Positions 47,367 to 55,711 of a stretch of DNA of 64,000 nucleotides are shown piece after piece. A model generated the notes under the pieces. The model was not told the origin of the DNA, made no database searches, and was given only the letters and a program-made list of their open reading frames with translations. Positions within the stretch are counted from its first letter, which is position 1; every line of letters begins with the position of its first letter. This DNA is from a virus (lineage: Duplodnaviria; Caudoviricetes), in IMG/VR virus record IMGVR_UViG_3300037851_000620, positions 1 to 64,000 of that record; one strand, written 5' to 3'. Both the position numbers and the translations under genes were made by a program.

Positions 47367-48106
47367 TTACAGCATGCTACATACTTCACTATGGTGTTGA
47401 ATGGCTGTACTGGTCTGTGCGTTCCGTTGTAGATTCTGTTGATAGGGTAAATTTGTTCTATACACCATTTCCATCCCATGGTCACGGAACAAACCTTGTG
47501 TGTCCAGAAACTCGCGATCAGTTGCGTGAGGCATTAATTCCCCTTCTTGTTCACGACTATGATATAAGATGGTTTGATTGTCCTGACAGATTTCCTCACG
47601 AGGGTGCACATAGAACGTATGCGGTAAATACTTGCTTTGATGATGGTGCTGATAAGATTGTTGTTGTAGATGCCGATGAAATTTGGGATAGCGAAGTATT
47701 GTATAAAGCATTGAAAGAATCGTATAGCGATAATAGATCATATCGTATAGGGATGCGGCATTTTTGGCGATCTACGAAATGGGTGTGTGATGATGCAGCT
47801 GCTCCCACGCGAATTATAGTCAGGGATGGAAATCCGACTACAGAAGGCTATCTTCCAGGCAAAGTTCTTCATATGGGTTATGCTCAAACTCCTGAGATTA
47901 TACGCTATAAACAGGATATCCATGGGCATAAGGCTGAGTGGAGGCAGGGGTGGTTCGAAAATATCTTCTTGCCATGGAAGCCTGGTGTTGGTGATGTGCA
48001 TCCAACAAATCTGAAATATTGGGATCCTGTAGAATATAAAGACGATGGACTTCTTGAATATTTGATAGGCGATCATCCTCAGTGGGGAAAGGACTTAATT
48101 GTATGA
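47363..48106 (+). CDS. GT-A fold glycosyltransferase
   Basis: VVVDADEIW (DxD motif), HMGY. Confidence 0.7.
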   Translation: MITACYILHYGVEWLYWSVRSVVDSVDRVNLFYTPFPSHGHGTNLVCPETRDQLREALIPLLVHDYDIRWFDCPDRFPHEGAHRTYAVNTCFDDGADKIVVVDADEIWDSEVLYKALKESYSDNRSYRIGMRHFWRSTKWVCDDAAAPTRIIVRDGNPTTEGYLPGKVLHMGYAQTPEIIRYKQDIHGHKAEWRQGWFENIFLPWKPGVGDVHPTNLKYWDPVEYKDDGLLEYLIGDHPQWGKDLIV

Positions 48107-48714
48107 ATATGAAGGATTTGGAATCGCTTGCAATCAAGAGTATTCACGAACCATGGGGTGTTGGAATTCCTGGTCTAAAGACTAATTCTGAAGCAGCTGC
48201 ACCATATTACAGGTTTCTGCACAAGGTTGTAGATCTTTATAAGCCAGAGGCAGTCCTTGAATGTGGTGTGTATCTTGGTGTGGCATCTGTTCATATGGCT
48301 GTTGCAAACTTGGATACAAAAGTTATAGGTATAGATATTTCTTTGCGACAAGAGCCACAAAAGTATGCGGAATTGTATGGAAATTTGACATATATCGAAG
48401 GCGATACAACATCGCGACTTACATGTGATCGTGTTGAAAAGATTCTAAACAGAAAGAAACTTGGTATACTGTTTCTAGATTCTGAGCATAACGGAACAGT
48501 TCCAACGCTGGAATATCTGATATATAAGAAGTTCTTTGCTCATGAGTGTCTGATTGCTTGCGACGATATCCTGGACAAGCGTATGGAGGAATTCTGGGTG
48601 AAACTTCCAGGAGAAAAGGCAATCTTAAATTATCTTCATCCATCACCATATACAGGAGTTCCTGAGCCTGGGTTTGGAATCAGCATTGTGAGGACTAATT
48701 ATAATCATGCCTGA
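48103..48714 (+). CDS. Class I SAM-dependent methyltransferase (Methyltransf_24-like)
   Basis: VLECGVYLG.AS, IGID, IEGDT, LFLDSEH, ACDD. Confidence 0.8.
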   Translation: MNMKDLESLAIKSIHEPWGVGIPGLKTNSEAAAPYYRFLHKVVDLYKPEAVLECGVYLGVASVHMAVANLDTKVIGIDISLRQEPQKYAELYGNLTYIEGDTTSRLTCDRVEKILNRKKLGILFLDSEHNGTVPTLEYLIYKKFFAHECLIACDDILDKRMEEFWVKLPGEKAILNYLHPSPYTGVPEPGFGISIVRTNYNHA

Positions 48715-49312
48715 TATTTCCATTATCATTCCGCATAAGCGCACAGAATTAAACGATTATTGCTTGGAGCTGAATCTGCGCATGCTTCTAGAAAATACAA
48801 GATGTAGTTATGAGCTGATAATCGATACAGAGGCTCCGAAAGATCCGTATAAGATCTGGAATGAGGCATCACGGTCTGCACGTGCTGACATCCTCGTGTT
48901 TACAAACTCTGATGTTCTTATGGCGATAAATTGGGATTTCCATTTCGTTGCACATATGGAGTACAATGCTATCATTACAGGCTATCTTGTAGAGCCAGGA
49001 AACATTGGCGTTGCTGATGTAAATATTCATCGTGATTTTGGAAAAAATCCGCATACGTTCGACAGACTGGCGTTTGAAGCGTTTGCTATACAGCACCCTG
49101 TTCCAGATTATACAATTCAACGAGGATGGTACATGCCATGTGCTATGCGCAAAGACTTCTTCTTGAATGCTGGTGGATTTGATACTACTCTTGGGTTCCC
49201 AAATCCTAATGACATCATCTTTTGGGAACATTGTATAAAAGATTATGGAACCAAACTAATTCGAGTAAAGTCTTTTGCATATCATTTTCAAAACTTGAGT
49301 GGGAGAAGCTGA
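48707..49312 (+). CDS. GT2-like glycosyltransferase
   Basis: ISIIIP, WNE, LVFTNSDV, GGFD, YHF. Confidence 0.75.
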   Translation: MPDISIIIPHKRTELNDYCLELNLRMLLENTRCSYELIIDTEAPKDPYKIWNEASRSARADILVFTNSDVLMAINWDFHFVAHMEYNAIITGYLVEPGNIGVADVNIHRDFGKNPHTFDRLAFEAFAIQHPVPDYTIQRGWYMPCAMRKDFFLNAGGFDTTLGFPNPNDIIFWEHCIKDYGTKLIRVKSFAYHFQNLSGRS

Positions 49313-51018
49313 TGATTGTTTCCGTTGTATCAGGAACGTATAATAGGCTCGACTATCTCAAGCATATGGTTGACAGTGTGAGAAAGTCGATAGGTGTTGG
49401 AATTCCATACGAAATAGTTCTTGTTGATGGTGGGAGTACGGATGGGACTCAAGACTGGTGCAAATCTCAGCCTGATGTTGTTTTGATAGAGCAATATACA
49501 CTTCTTGGGGCTGTGAAAGCATTCAATGCTGGGGCATATGCGGCGCGAGGAAAGTATGTAATCCTTGCGAACGATGATATTTCTTTTATCGATGAGTCAA
49601 TTTTGTGTGCATTGTCATTTATGGAAGATAACCAAGATGTTGGGATAGGTTGCTTTTATCAAGATCGTCGTGGGTGGCAATGGCATGTAGAGCAAATGTC
49701 GGCTGTTACTGAATCTGGAACTCCGACAACGGCATATTACGGGCAGGTGTGTATAGTCCGTAAATGGCTTGGCGATCGTGTTGGATGGTGGGGTGATTAT
49801 CTTCGCACTTATGGTGGAGATAATGAATTATCGTGTAATGTGCTTGAATTAGGTTATAAAATACTTCCAATTCCGTGTGCAAAAATACACGATTATACAC
49901 CACAAGATGATTTGCGCACACGGAATAATGAGGTCAAGCCTGTCAATAACCAACATCCAGATACATATGCATGGCTTCAGAAGTGGACAAGAAATGGAAA
50001 ACTTGGTCCGATTGTGAGATCATCGCCAATAGTTCCAAATTCGGATAATAAATCAATTCGTGTGTTATATCTTCCGATATACGAGCCTGGGCACGTTCTT
50101 CAGAAATCTACGAAGCATGGGTTGCGTGATGCTCTTGCTAGATCGTGCATGGTTCTAGAGCTTGATTACCTTGCTATGGATATTGGTGCTGTCTATGATG
50201 CTGCGTGTGCGTTCGATCCGCATCTTATTTTGACACAGCTTCATAGTGGCGATTCTATTTATCACTCTATGATTGTAGAGCTTAGGAATATGCTCGATCC
50301 TGCTGTGATGTTTGTGAACTGGAATGGAGATTACCATCCCGAGACATTGTTTTCTGATGCGTATATATTGTTGATGAGACGTTTCGACCTGGTTGGTGTT
50401 GTTACGACATCTGTAGAAGCACCATTCGATGCCGCAGGAATTCGGTGGTTCTATTGGCAGATTGGTTACGAAGAAGCGTCTGCAAAAGGATCTAATGCGA
50501 CGCCTGTTCATGATGTATTATTTCTTGGAAATGGATATTCTAAAGACAGATTTCAACTTGCTTCTGTGTTGAAAGGTATGCGAGGGATAAATGTTGGGAT
50601 ATATGGATCGTGGCCAAATAATCAAGCATCTGGAAGCAACTTGTATGACTTCGATGCTGGTGCAAGGCTATACAGCAAATGCAAAATCGCAATCGGCGAT
50701 TCTCAGTGGCCACATGCTGCCGGATTCGTCTCAAACAGACTTTTCCAAGCAATGTCAGCCGGAGCATTTCTATTGCACCAACATTTTGACGGTATGGAAG
50801 AGCTTCTCGGACTCAGAGATGGAGTCAATATTGCAGTTTGGGAATCCCTCTCTGATCTCGAAAATAAGATCAAATACTATTTGGCACATCCGGACGAGAG
50901 AAGAAACATTGCTGAGGCTGGCACTCGGCATATACGATCTAATCATTCCTTTGACAATAGAGTGAGGGAATTGTTTGAGGAATTGGCTGTTGTAAGAAGT
51001 GAGAGGATACATGCATGA
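49312..51018 (+). CDS. Bifunctional glycosyltransferase (GT2 + CgeB-like GT-B)
   Basis: VDGGSTDG, ANDD, YGGDNE; C-terminal FLGN, SNRLFQAMSAGAFLL, KIKYYL.HP.ER..IA..G. Confidence 0.85.
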   Translation: MIVSVVSGTYNRLDYLKHMVDSVRKSIGVGIPYEIVLVDGGSTDGTQDWCKSQPDVVLIEQYTLLGAVKAFNAGAYAARGKYVILANDDISFIDESILCALSFMEDNQDVGIGCFYQDRRGWQWHVEQMSAVTESGTPTTAYYGQVCIVRKWLGDRVGWWGDYLRTYGGDNELSCNVLELGYKILPIPCAKIHDYTPQDDLRTRNNEVKPVNNQHPDTYAWLQKWTRNGKLGPIVRSSPIVPNSDNKSIRVLYLPIYEPGHVLQKSTKHGLRDALARSCMVLELDYLAMDIGAVYDAACAFDPHLILTQLHSGDSIYHSMIVELRNMLDPAVMFVNWNGDYHPETLFSDAYILLMRRFDLVGVVTTSVEAPFDAAGIRWFYWQIGYEEASAKGSNATPVHDVLFLGNGYSKDRFQLASVLKGMRGINVGIYGSWPNNQASGSNLYDFDAGARLYSKCKIAIGDSQWPHAAGFVSNRLFQAMSAGAFLLHQHFDGMEELLGLRDGVNIAVWESLSDLENKIKYYLAHPDERRNIAEAGTRHIRSNHSFDNRVRELFEELAVVRSERIHA

Positions 51019-52144
51019 CGTTACGATTATTATCCCAATCTATTGTACGACTGAAAAGTCTTTGGAATGGCTTGGTGAGTGCCTTGAAAGTGCACTTATT
51101 CAAGATTGCGAAGTCGTCACAGTCGACGACGGATCACCTATTGATGTCTCAGATATCACAAGAAAGTTTAGAGGGAATCATTATCCTTCCAGACATATCG
51201 GAGTCGCAGCTGCAAGAAATGAAGCAGTTCTTCGAGCAAAATCAAGACTCGTGTTACCACTTGATTGTGACGATAGACTCGTGCCAGGCGCAATTAATAA
51301 ACTCGTCGCAATGTGGGATGGAAATACTCCAGTCTATCCAGACGTCAGAAAGTTCGGAGAAATAAATGAGCCGCATTATGCTTTATTGGATTTTACATGC
51401 GAGCACGTATATACTCATGTTGGGTTTACATCGGTCAATGTCTTACATGCGAAAGATCAATGGAAATCTGTCGGAGGTTGGAACAAAGATTTAGAGTTTT
51501 ATGAGGATGGGGAGTATAACGCACGCCTGTTTGCAAGATGGTGCGCTGTAAGGCTTCCCGAGCCGTTGGTTGAGTACAGGATACATGATTCACAACGCAC
51601 GAAAACATACAAAAGCGAATCTGCTGCGTATGCAAAACTTGTTTTATCGATGATAAGGAGATTAGATATGCCTTGTTCAACATGCTCAAAAAGACGTGGA
51701 AATACTTCACAGTTGTCTACACTAGATACCAGTGGTACGACAATGAGAGTCGCTGGTGGGAATTCTGCTGTTGATGTCAATTCTTTGCCTGGTGAAGTTG
51801 ATGGCAGAGTTTTGTCGCAATACACAGGTGGTCAAGGTCGCGGGAAGCATTATTATCGCGGCATCTCGACAGGATTTCCATACAAAGTACAATATCATGA
51901 TTACGTGTATGCCGATCCTTCTGATGTTAAAACAGAAGGAGATATGAACAATCGTTCGTTATTGCTTAGAGTGAAACAGGTTGTGAAGCAGACGATGCCG
52001 GCTCCTGTTCCGACACCGACTCCGTTCGATATTCCCAAAAAAGAAGAGCCAGTTGTTCAGACCGTTGCTGAAACTCCAGCTGTGGAGCCGCAGGAAGTCC
52101 TCAGGAAGCCGAAAAAGGATGTAAGTAGGAAAGCTAAACAATGA
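51011..52144 (+). CDS. GT2 glycosyltransferase fused to a C-terminal Cys-led domain
   Basis: TIIIP, VDDGS, GVAAARN, LDCDD, EDGE; C-terminal part starts MPCSTCSKRRG. Confidence 0.8.
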   Translation: MHDVTIIIPIYCTTEKSLEWLGECLESALIQDCEVVTVDDGSPIDVSDITRKFRGNHYPSRHIGVAAARNEAVLRAKSRLVLPLDCDDRLVPGAINKLVAMWDGNTPVYPDVRKFGEINEPHYALLDFTCEHVYTHVGFTSVNVLHAKDQWKSVGGWNKDLEFYEDGEYNARLFARWCAVRLPEPLVEYRIHDSQRTKTYKSESAAYAKLVLSMIRRLDMPCSTCSKRRGNTSQLSTLDTSGTTMRVAGGNSAVDVNSLPGEVDGRVLSQYTGGQGRGKHYYRGISTGFPYKVQYHDYVYADPSDVKTEGDMNNRSLLLRVKQVVKQTMPAPVPTPTPFDIPKKEEPVVQTVAETPAVEPQEVLRKPKKDVSRKAKQ

Positions 52145-52497
52145 CCAATATTGCGCTCTGTGGGCTCTCTACAGCAGCCATCGTGTTCTTATTGAAGTAC
52201 ACTGATGGTCCATTTGATATATTCTATCGGCTGCGTAAAGCATCTGGTATGATTATTCCGTTGTACGATACTTTGAATATTTCCATCGTAGGTTATGCGG
52301 AAGACGACGATCCTGAACGATTTTGGGCATTGTGGTTCAGATGCTTCTGGTGCATGTCTACATGGATTGCATTCTTTGTATCGATAGCGTATATATTATT
52401 GATGAGGATGCCTGTTGCTTTATTTCCATTTCTATGGTTTGCATCTATTGGAGTATCTGGATTACTGCTGGAGTTATTGAATAAATGGCGAGAATAA
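52141..52497 (+). CDS. Membrane protein with C-x2-C-x3-W motif (DUF1360-like)
   Basis: GPF.IF..LR, CFWCMSTW, three TM segments. Confidence 0.55.
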   Translation: MTNIALCGLSTAAIVFLLKYTDGPFDIFYRLRKASGMIIPLYDTLNISIVGYAEDDDPERFWALWFRCFWCMSTWIAFFVSIAYILLMRMPVALFPFLWFASIGVSGLLLELLNKWRE

Positions 52498-53579
52498 CAG
52501 CTGGAATATTGCCTGAAGGTTTCGTTCCTGGTCTGACTATTGACAGATATCAGGAAATTATGAGGCTGCCGATTGCAGCCTTCAATGGTTTGAATAAGCC
52601 AGATGAACTCCCTGTTTATCAATGTTCGGAGATTTGGAAGCAAGGCGAGCGTGATGGTCTTGCGATGCATCTTGCGCAAGCAGAAGAAATGCGTGAAGTA
52701 GAATTAGGATATCCATTATCTCTGAAATACTTTTCATGCAAGACTTATGAATATGGCTATCCTGTTATAATTCCTGTCAAGCACATGATCGAGATAGGCA
52801 CTCAGAAGTTTAGTGACATTTCCATAGGTGCTGCATTAACATTAGGTGTAGAAACGACACCAAACGATCCTGTAACACTTGTGATTGCTTCTGCATTGAC
52901 TGATGCTTCTGAAATTCGTGTTTATTATCCTGGCGAAGATGTTGAAATCCATCCTTCAAGTGTGACGATTTCTGGTGGTAACATTACCATTAATATCCCT
53001 CGATCGAGGCTTGTGAAGCCTTCTTTGTTAGATGACCGTGAAGATCATTTGAGCTATTATGAGAATGATAATTTCTTGACGACAGTTGATGTCAAGCGCA
53101 AATACTACGATATTTCAGATGCCGCATACTTTATATGGACTGAAGATCAATGTGCTTGCAGTACTGTGTCATCTGATGTATTATCTGAGAAATCACAACT
53201 AGCATTTCCAAAGATAGAAGATACAAGACTTAGTATCGTATATTTCACTCCGGCAACATATTCGGCTCCGACATGGACTGCTGCGTGTTGGTCGTATGCT
53301 TGTGAGCCAAATCATGTGCGCTTGAATTTCACTGCAGGACGTCGAGCGTCTATGTATACAGAAGTACAGACAGCACGTCTTGCGCATACACTTATGCCAA
53401 ACAAACCATGTTCATGTCCGACCGTTCATCAGTATTGGCAGGAAGATATTGTAGATTCGCAACAGAATACTCCATACGGACGTCGTGTTGGAGCACTGAA
53501 CGCATGGCTTGCAGATAGTCGACAAAAAGTTGGACAAGGTGGAAAATTTCCATCCATGAGAGGACATTATGGGCGATAA
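52485..53579 (+). CDS. Head-tail adaptor-like structural protein
   Basis: 364 aa, located between head and tail genes; inferred mainly from synteny. Confidence 0.45.
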   Translation: MARITAGILPEGFVPGLTIDRYQEIMRLPIAAFNGLNKPDELPVYQCSEIWKQGERDGLAMHLAQAEEMREVELGYPLSLKYFSCKTYEYGYPVIIPVKHMIEIGTQKFSDISIGAALTLGVETTPNDPVTLVIASALTDASEIRVYYPGEDVEIHPSSVTISGGNITINIPRSRLVKPSLLDDREDHLSYYENDNFLTTVDVKRKYYDISDAAYFIWTEDQCACSTVSSDVLSEKSQLAFPKIEDTRLSIVYFTPATYSAPTWTAACWSYACEPNHVRLNFTAGRRASMYTEVQTARLAHTLMPNKPCSCPTVHQYWQEDIVDSQQNTPYGRRVGALNAWLADSRQKVGQGGKFPSMRGHYGR

Positions 53580-54291
53580 AAATTTGAAAGTTGTGTTTGC
53601 ATTTGAAAAAGAAAATCCTGAATCGATGAACGCACCTGTGCTGAAAGGTGGTAAAGGAAGCGGACATCACGGGCATAAAGGTATTCCTGGACACCAAGGA
53701 GGAAGCCTTCCAGAAGGTGCTGCTGGTAATGCTGGAGAAGCACTGAATGCTATTCTTGGTGAAGAATTGGCAAATACTCCTCGTGCTCCGATGCCAGACA
53801 CTACACCTGTTGGAAATGTCAAGCCAGGTGGCAAACAACTGACTATGGACGAGTTGCAGAAGCAGATGGATAGACATAACGAAAGAGTTGTGACAGAAGG
53901 TGTGCAAATTTCGTCTTATAATGGTCGCACAGGTCGGTCGTCTTGGTACAGACAAACAAACAGATTCGATCAGACTGTGTCGTTCAATACTCCTGAAGAA
54001 GCTGATATTTGGATGAACGAAATCCATGGGCAGTTATCGGATGGTAAATATGAACATCGTTGGAATAAAGATACATACTTGCCATATTTGTATAAGGTGA
54101 AAGTTGATAGGTCGAAGCCAACAACTTTTCCAAAACAGCATTATGGAGATCCGCATCTGAGTTTCACAGATTTGGCGTTTGTATTTGAAGGTGATACATA
54201 CGAGGCACGAGGCAGATATACTCAGAAAGATGCTCGTGCTATCCTTGCAAAGATTTCCAAAGCATACAGAGCTTCGTATTCGGATTATTGA
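53569..54291 (+). CDS. KGG-tag protein 9, cargo unknown
   Basis: PVLK-GGKGSGHHGHKGIPGHQGGS after a 25 aa leader. Confidence 0.8.
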   Translation: MGDKNLKVVFAFEKENPESMNAPVLKGGKGSGHHGHKGIPGHQGGSLPEGAAGNAGEALNAILGEELANTPRAPMPDTTPVGNVKPGGKQLTMDELQKQMDRHNERVVTEGVQISSYNGRTGRSSWYRQTNRFDQTVSFNTPEEADIWMNEIHGQLSDGKYEHRWNKDTYLPYLYKVKVDRSKPTTFPKQHYGDPHLSFTDLAFVFEGDTYEARGRYTQKDARAILAKISKAYRASYSDY

Positions 54292-54860
54292 TGCCTCTAA
54301 CATTGATTCGTCGTCCTCGCTCTCCTCGTGTCCTTCATGATATTATCAAGGACGAAGTCCGTGCAGCTTATAAACAGCTTGGCGATGAGATGATTGCACG
54401 ATTAGAGAAGGACATCGACGAATGGGCAGCGAAGCCAGATTTCCAAAGTCGTATAGAGGTTGGCGACAAACGTTGGATGGTTTCTGTACGATATGACAAG
54501 GATACAGATATCGGTACAATCTATATGTGGGTTGATGAAGGAACGGCTGAAGCTGGTGGAAAGGGAAGTAAATATCCAATAGTTCCTGTGAATGCCAAAG
54601 CATTGAAATTTACTGTTCCTAACATGCCGAAAACACGACCAAATGTTATTGCTGGTATTCCAGGTGTTGTGATGGCGCAAGGCAATGCGACTGTTATGGA
54701 TGTTTACAGCCAAAAGGTTATGCATCCAGGCATCACACCGAGGAATTTTACCAAATCCTTGCGTGAAGAGTATATGCAGCGAGAAAAAGTTGGAGGCTTC
54801 CGTTCTGTAACAGAAGCTGCAATCAAGCGAGGAACTCGCAAAATTGGGAAATATGCATAG
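54291..54860 (+). CDS. Neck/tail-completion protein (HK97 gp10-like)
   Basis: WVDEGT...YPI.P..AKALKF...V.HPGITPR.F. Confidence 0.6.
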   Translation: MPLTLIRRPRSPRVLHDIIKDEVRAAYKQLGDEMIARLEKDIDEWAAKPDFQSRIEVGDKRWMVSVRYDKDTDIGTIYMWVDEGTAEAGGKGSKYPIVPVNAKALKFTVPNMPKTRPNVIAGIPGVVMAQGNATVMDVYSQKVMHPGITPRNFTKSLREEYMQREKVGGFRSVTEAAIKRGTRKIGKYA

Positions 54861-54873
54861 AGAGAGAGAGAAA

Positions 54874-55335
54874 ATGACAAAACTCATCATAACATACAAA
54901 GGTGGTTCTGGTTCTGGGCATCATGGTCACAGAGGAAGACCTGGTGAGCAAGGTGGTTCTCTTCCTGGTGATGGTGGTGCTCCTAAACAGGATGTTCCTG
55001 ACTACGAATTTAAGCCTGGTGTTGAAGATGTGTATAGAGAGCTTGTAAATTCTGGAATAGAGGAATTTTCTGTCGTAACAGATAAACGACCGAAAGTCGG
55101 AGGTTTTGGTGCTGGTCAGTATATAAAATTAACATATGCAGGATCGCGAAAGATAGACGATCTTGCTGATGGAATCGATACAATAATGAGAAAGGCAGGA
55201 TTTTCTCATACACACAATTCAAGTGGATGGTCGCATTATAAGAAAGGAAATGTGATATTGTCTACAAAGCGATCTGTTCACGGAACTACAGGGAATACAT
55301 ATAAATCGAAATACACGATTGCAAATCTTGGATAA
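54874..55335 (+). CDS. KGG-tag protein 10, cargo unknown
   Basis: MTKLIITYK-GGSGSGHHGHRGRPGEQGGS. Confidence 0.8.
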   Translation: MTKLIITYKGGSGSGHHGHRGRPGEQGGSLPGDGGAPKQDVPDYEFKPGVEDVYRELVNSGIEEFSVVTDKRPKVGGFGAGQYIKLTYAGSRKIDDLADGIDTIMRKAGFSHTHNSSGWSHYKKGNVILSTKRSVHGTTGNTYKSKYTIANLG

Positions 55336-55341
55336 GTATGC

Positions 55342-55710
55342 ATGAAAGCTAAACTTTTATCGCAACATGGTTCATCATCTTTGATACTTTATACCGATTC
55401 TGACGGTGTTTTCCAAGCATGTATAGTCGATTCAGAAGACGTTATGACGTCTCGGGTTGGCGAAGAATTTACACTAGAGGATACCGTCTTGTCTAGAGCA
55501 ACTCCTTATGGGATTGACTGGTCTGTGCCATATCCTGGAGGGATTTGCATATCGGCTGGCGATTTCCAAAATGTTATGTATCGCCATGGTGTTATATCGT
55601 TAGAAGATCTGAAAAGAAACACGAATGCTGTCGTGGATGCTTTGGTCGAGTTATGGAAAATATCTACGATAGAAATTTACAAAGCTGCGAAGAGTAGCAT
55701 GGAGGTTTGA
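55342..55710 (+). CDS. Hypothetical protein (tail region)
   Basis: 122 aa ORF upstream of the tail tube gene. Confidence 0.6.
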   Translation: MKAKLLSQHGSSSLILYTDSDGVFQACIVDSEDVMTSRVGEEFTLEDTVLSRATPYGIDWSVPYPGGICISAGDFQNVMYRHGVISLEDLKRNTNAVVDALVELWKISTIEIYKAAKSSMEV

Positions 55711-55711
55711 T

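Larger units (their letters stand above)
17126..54960 (+). repeat. Dispersed protein-level repeat K-GGxGSG[HF]xxHxG[RI]PGxxGGS (11 copies)
   Basis: Lys codons at 17126, 19245, 20726, 21242, 21943, 24845, 26760, 27523, 41491, 53644, 54898; half copy at 21152. Confidence 0.95.

Noticed and set aside
54859-54871. (AG)n run before tagged gene 10
   Set aside because: Short; most likely just a purine-rich SD region.
17126-54960. Tag copies as a CRISPR array, DGR template/variable repeats or IS ends
   Set aside because: Copies are dispersed and in-frame, and differ mainly at synonymous positions; no spacers, no adenine-specific variation, and no reverse transcriptase or transposase in the window.
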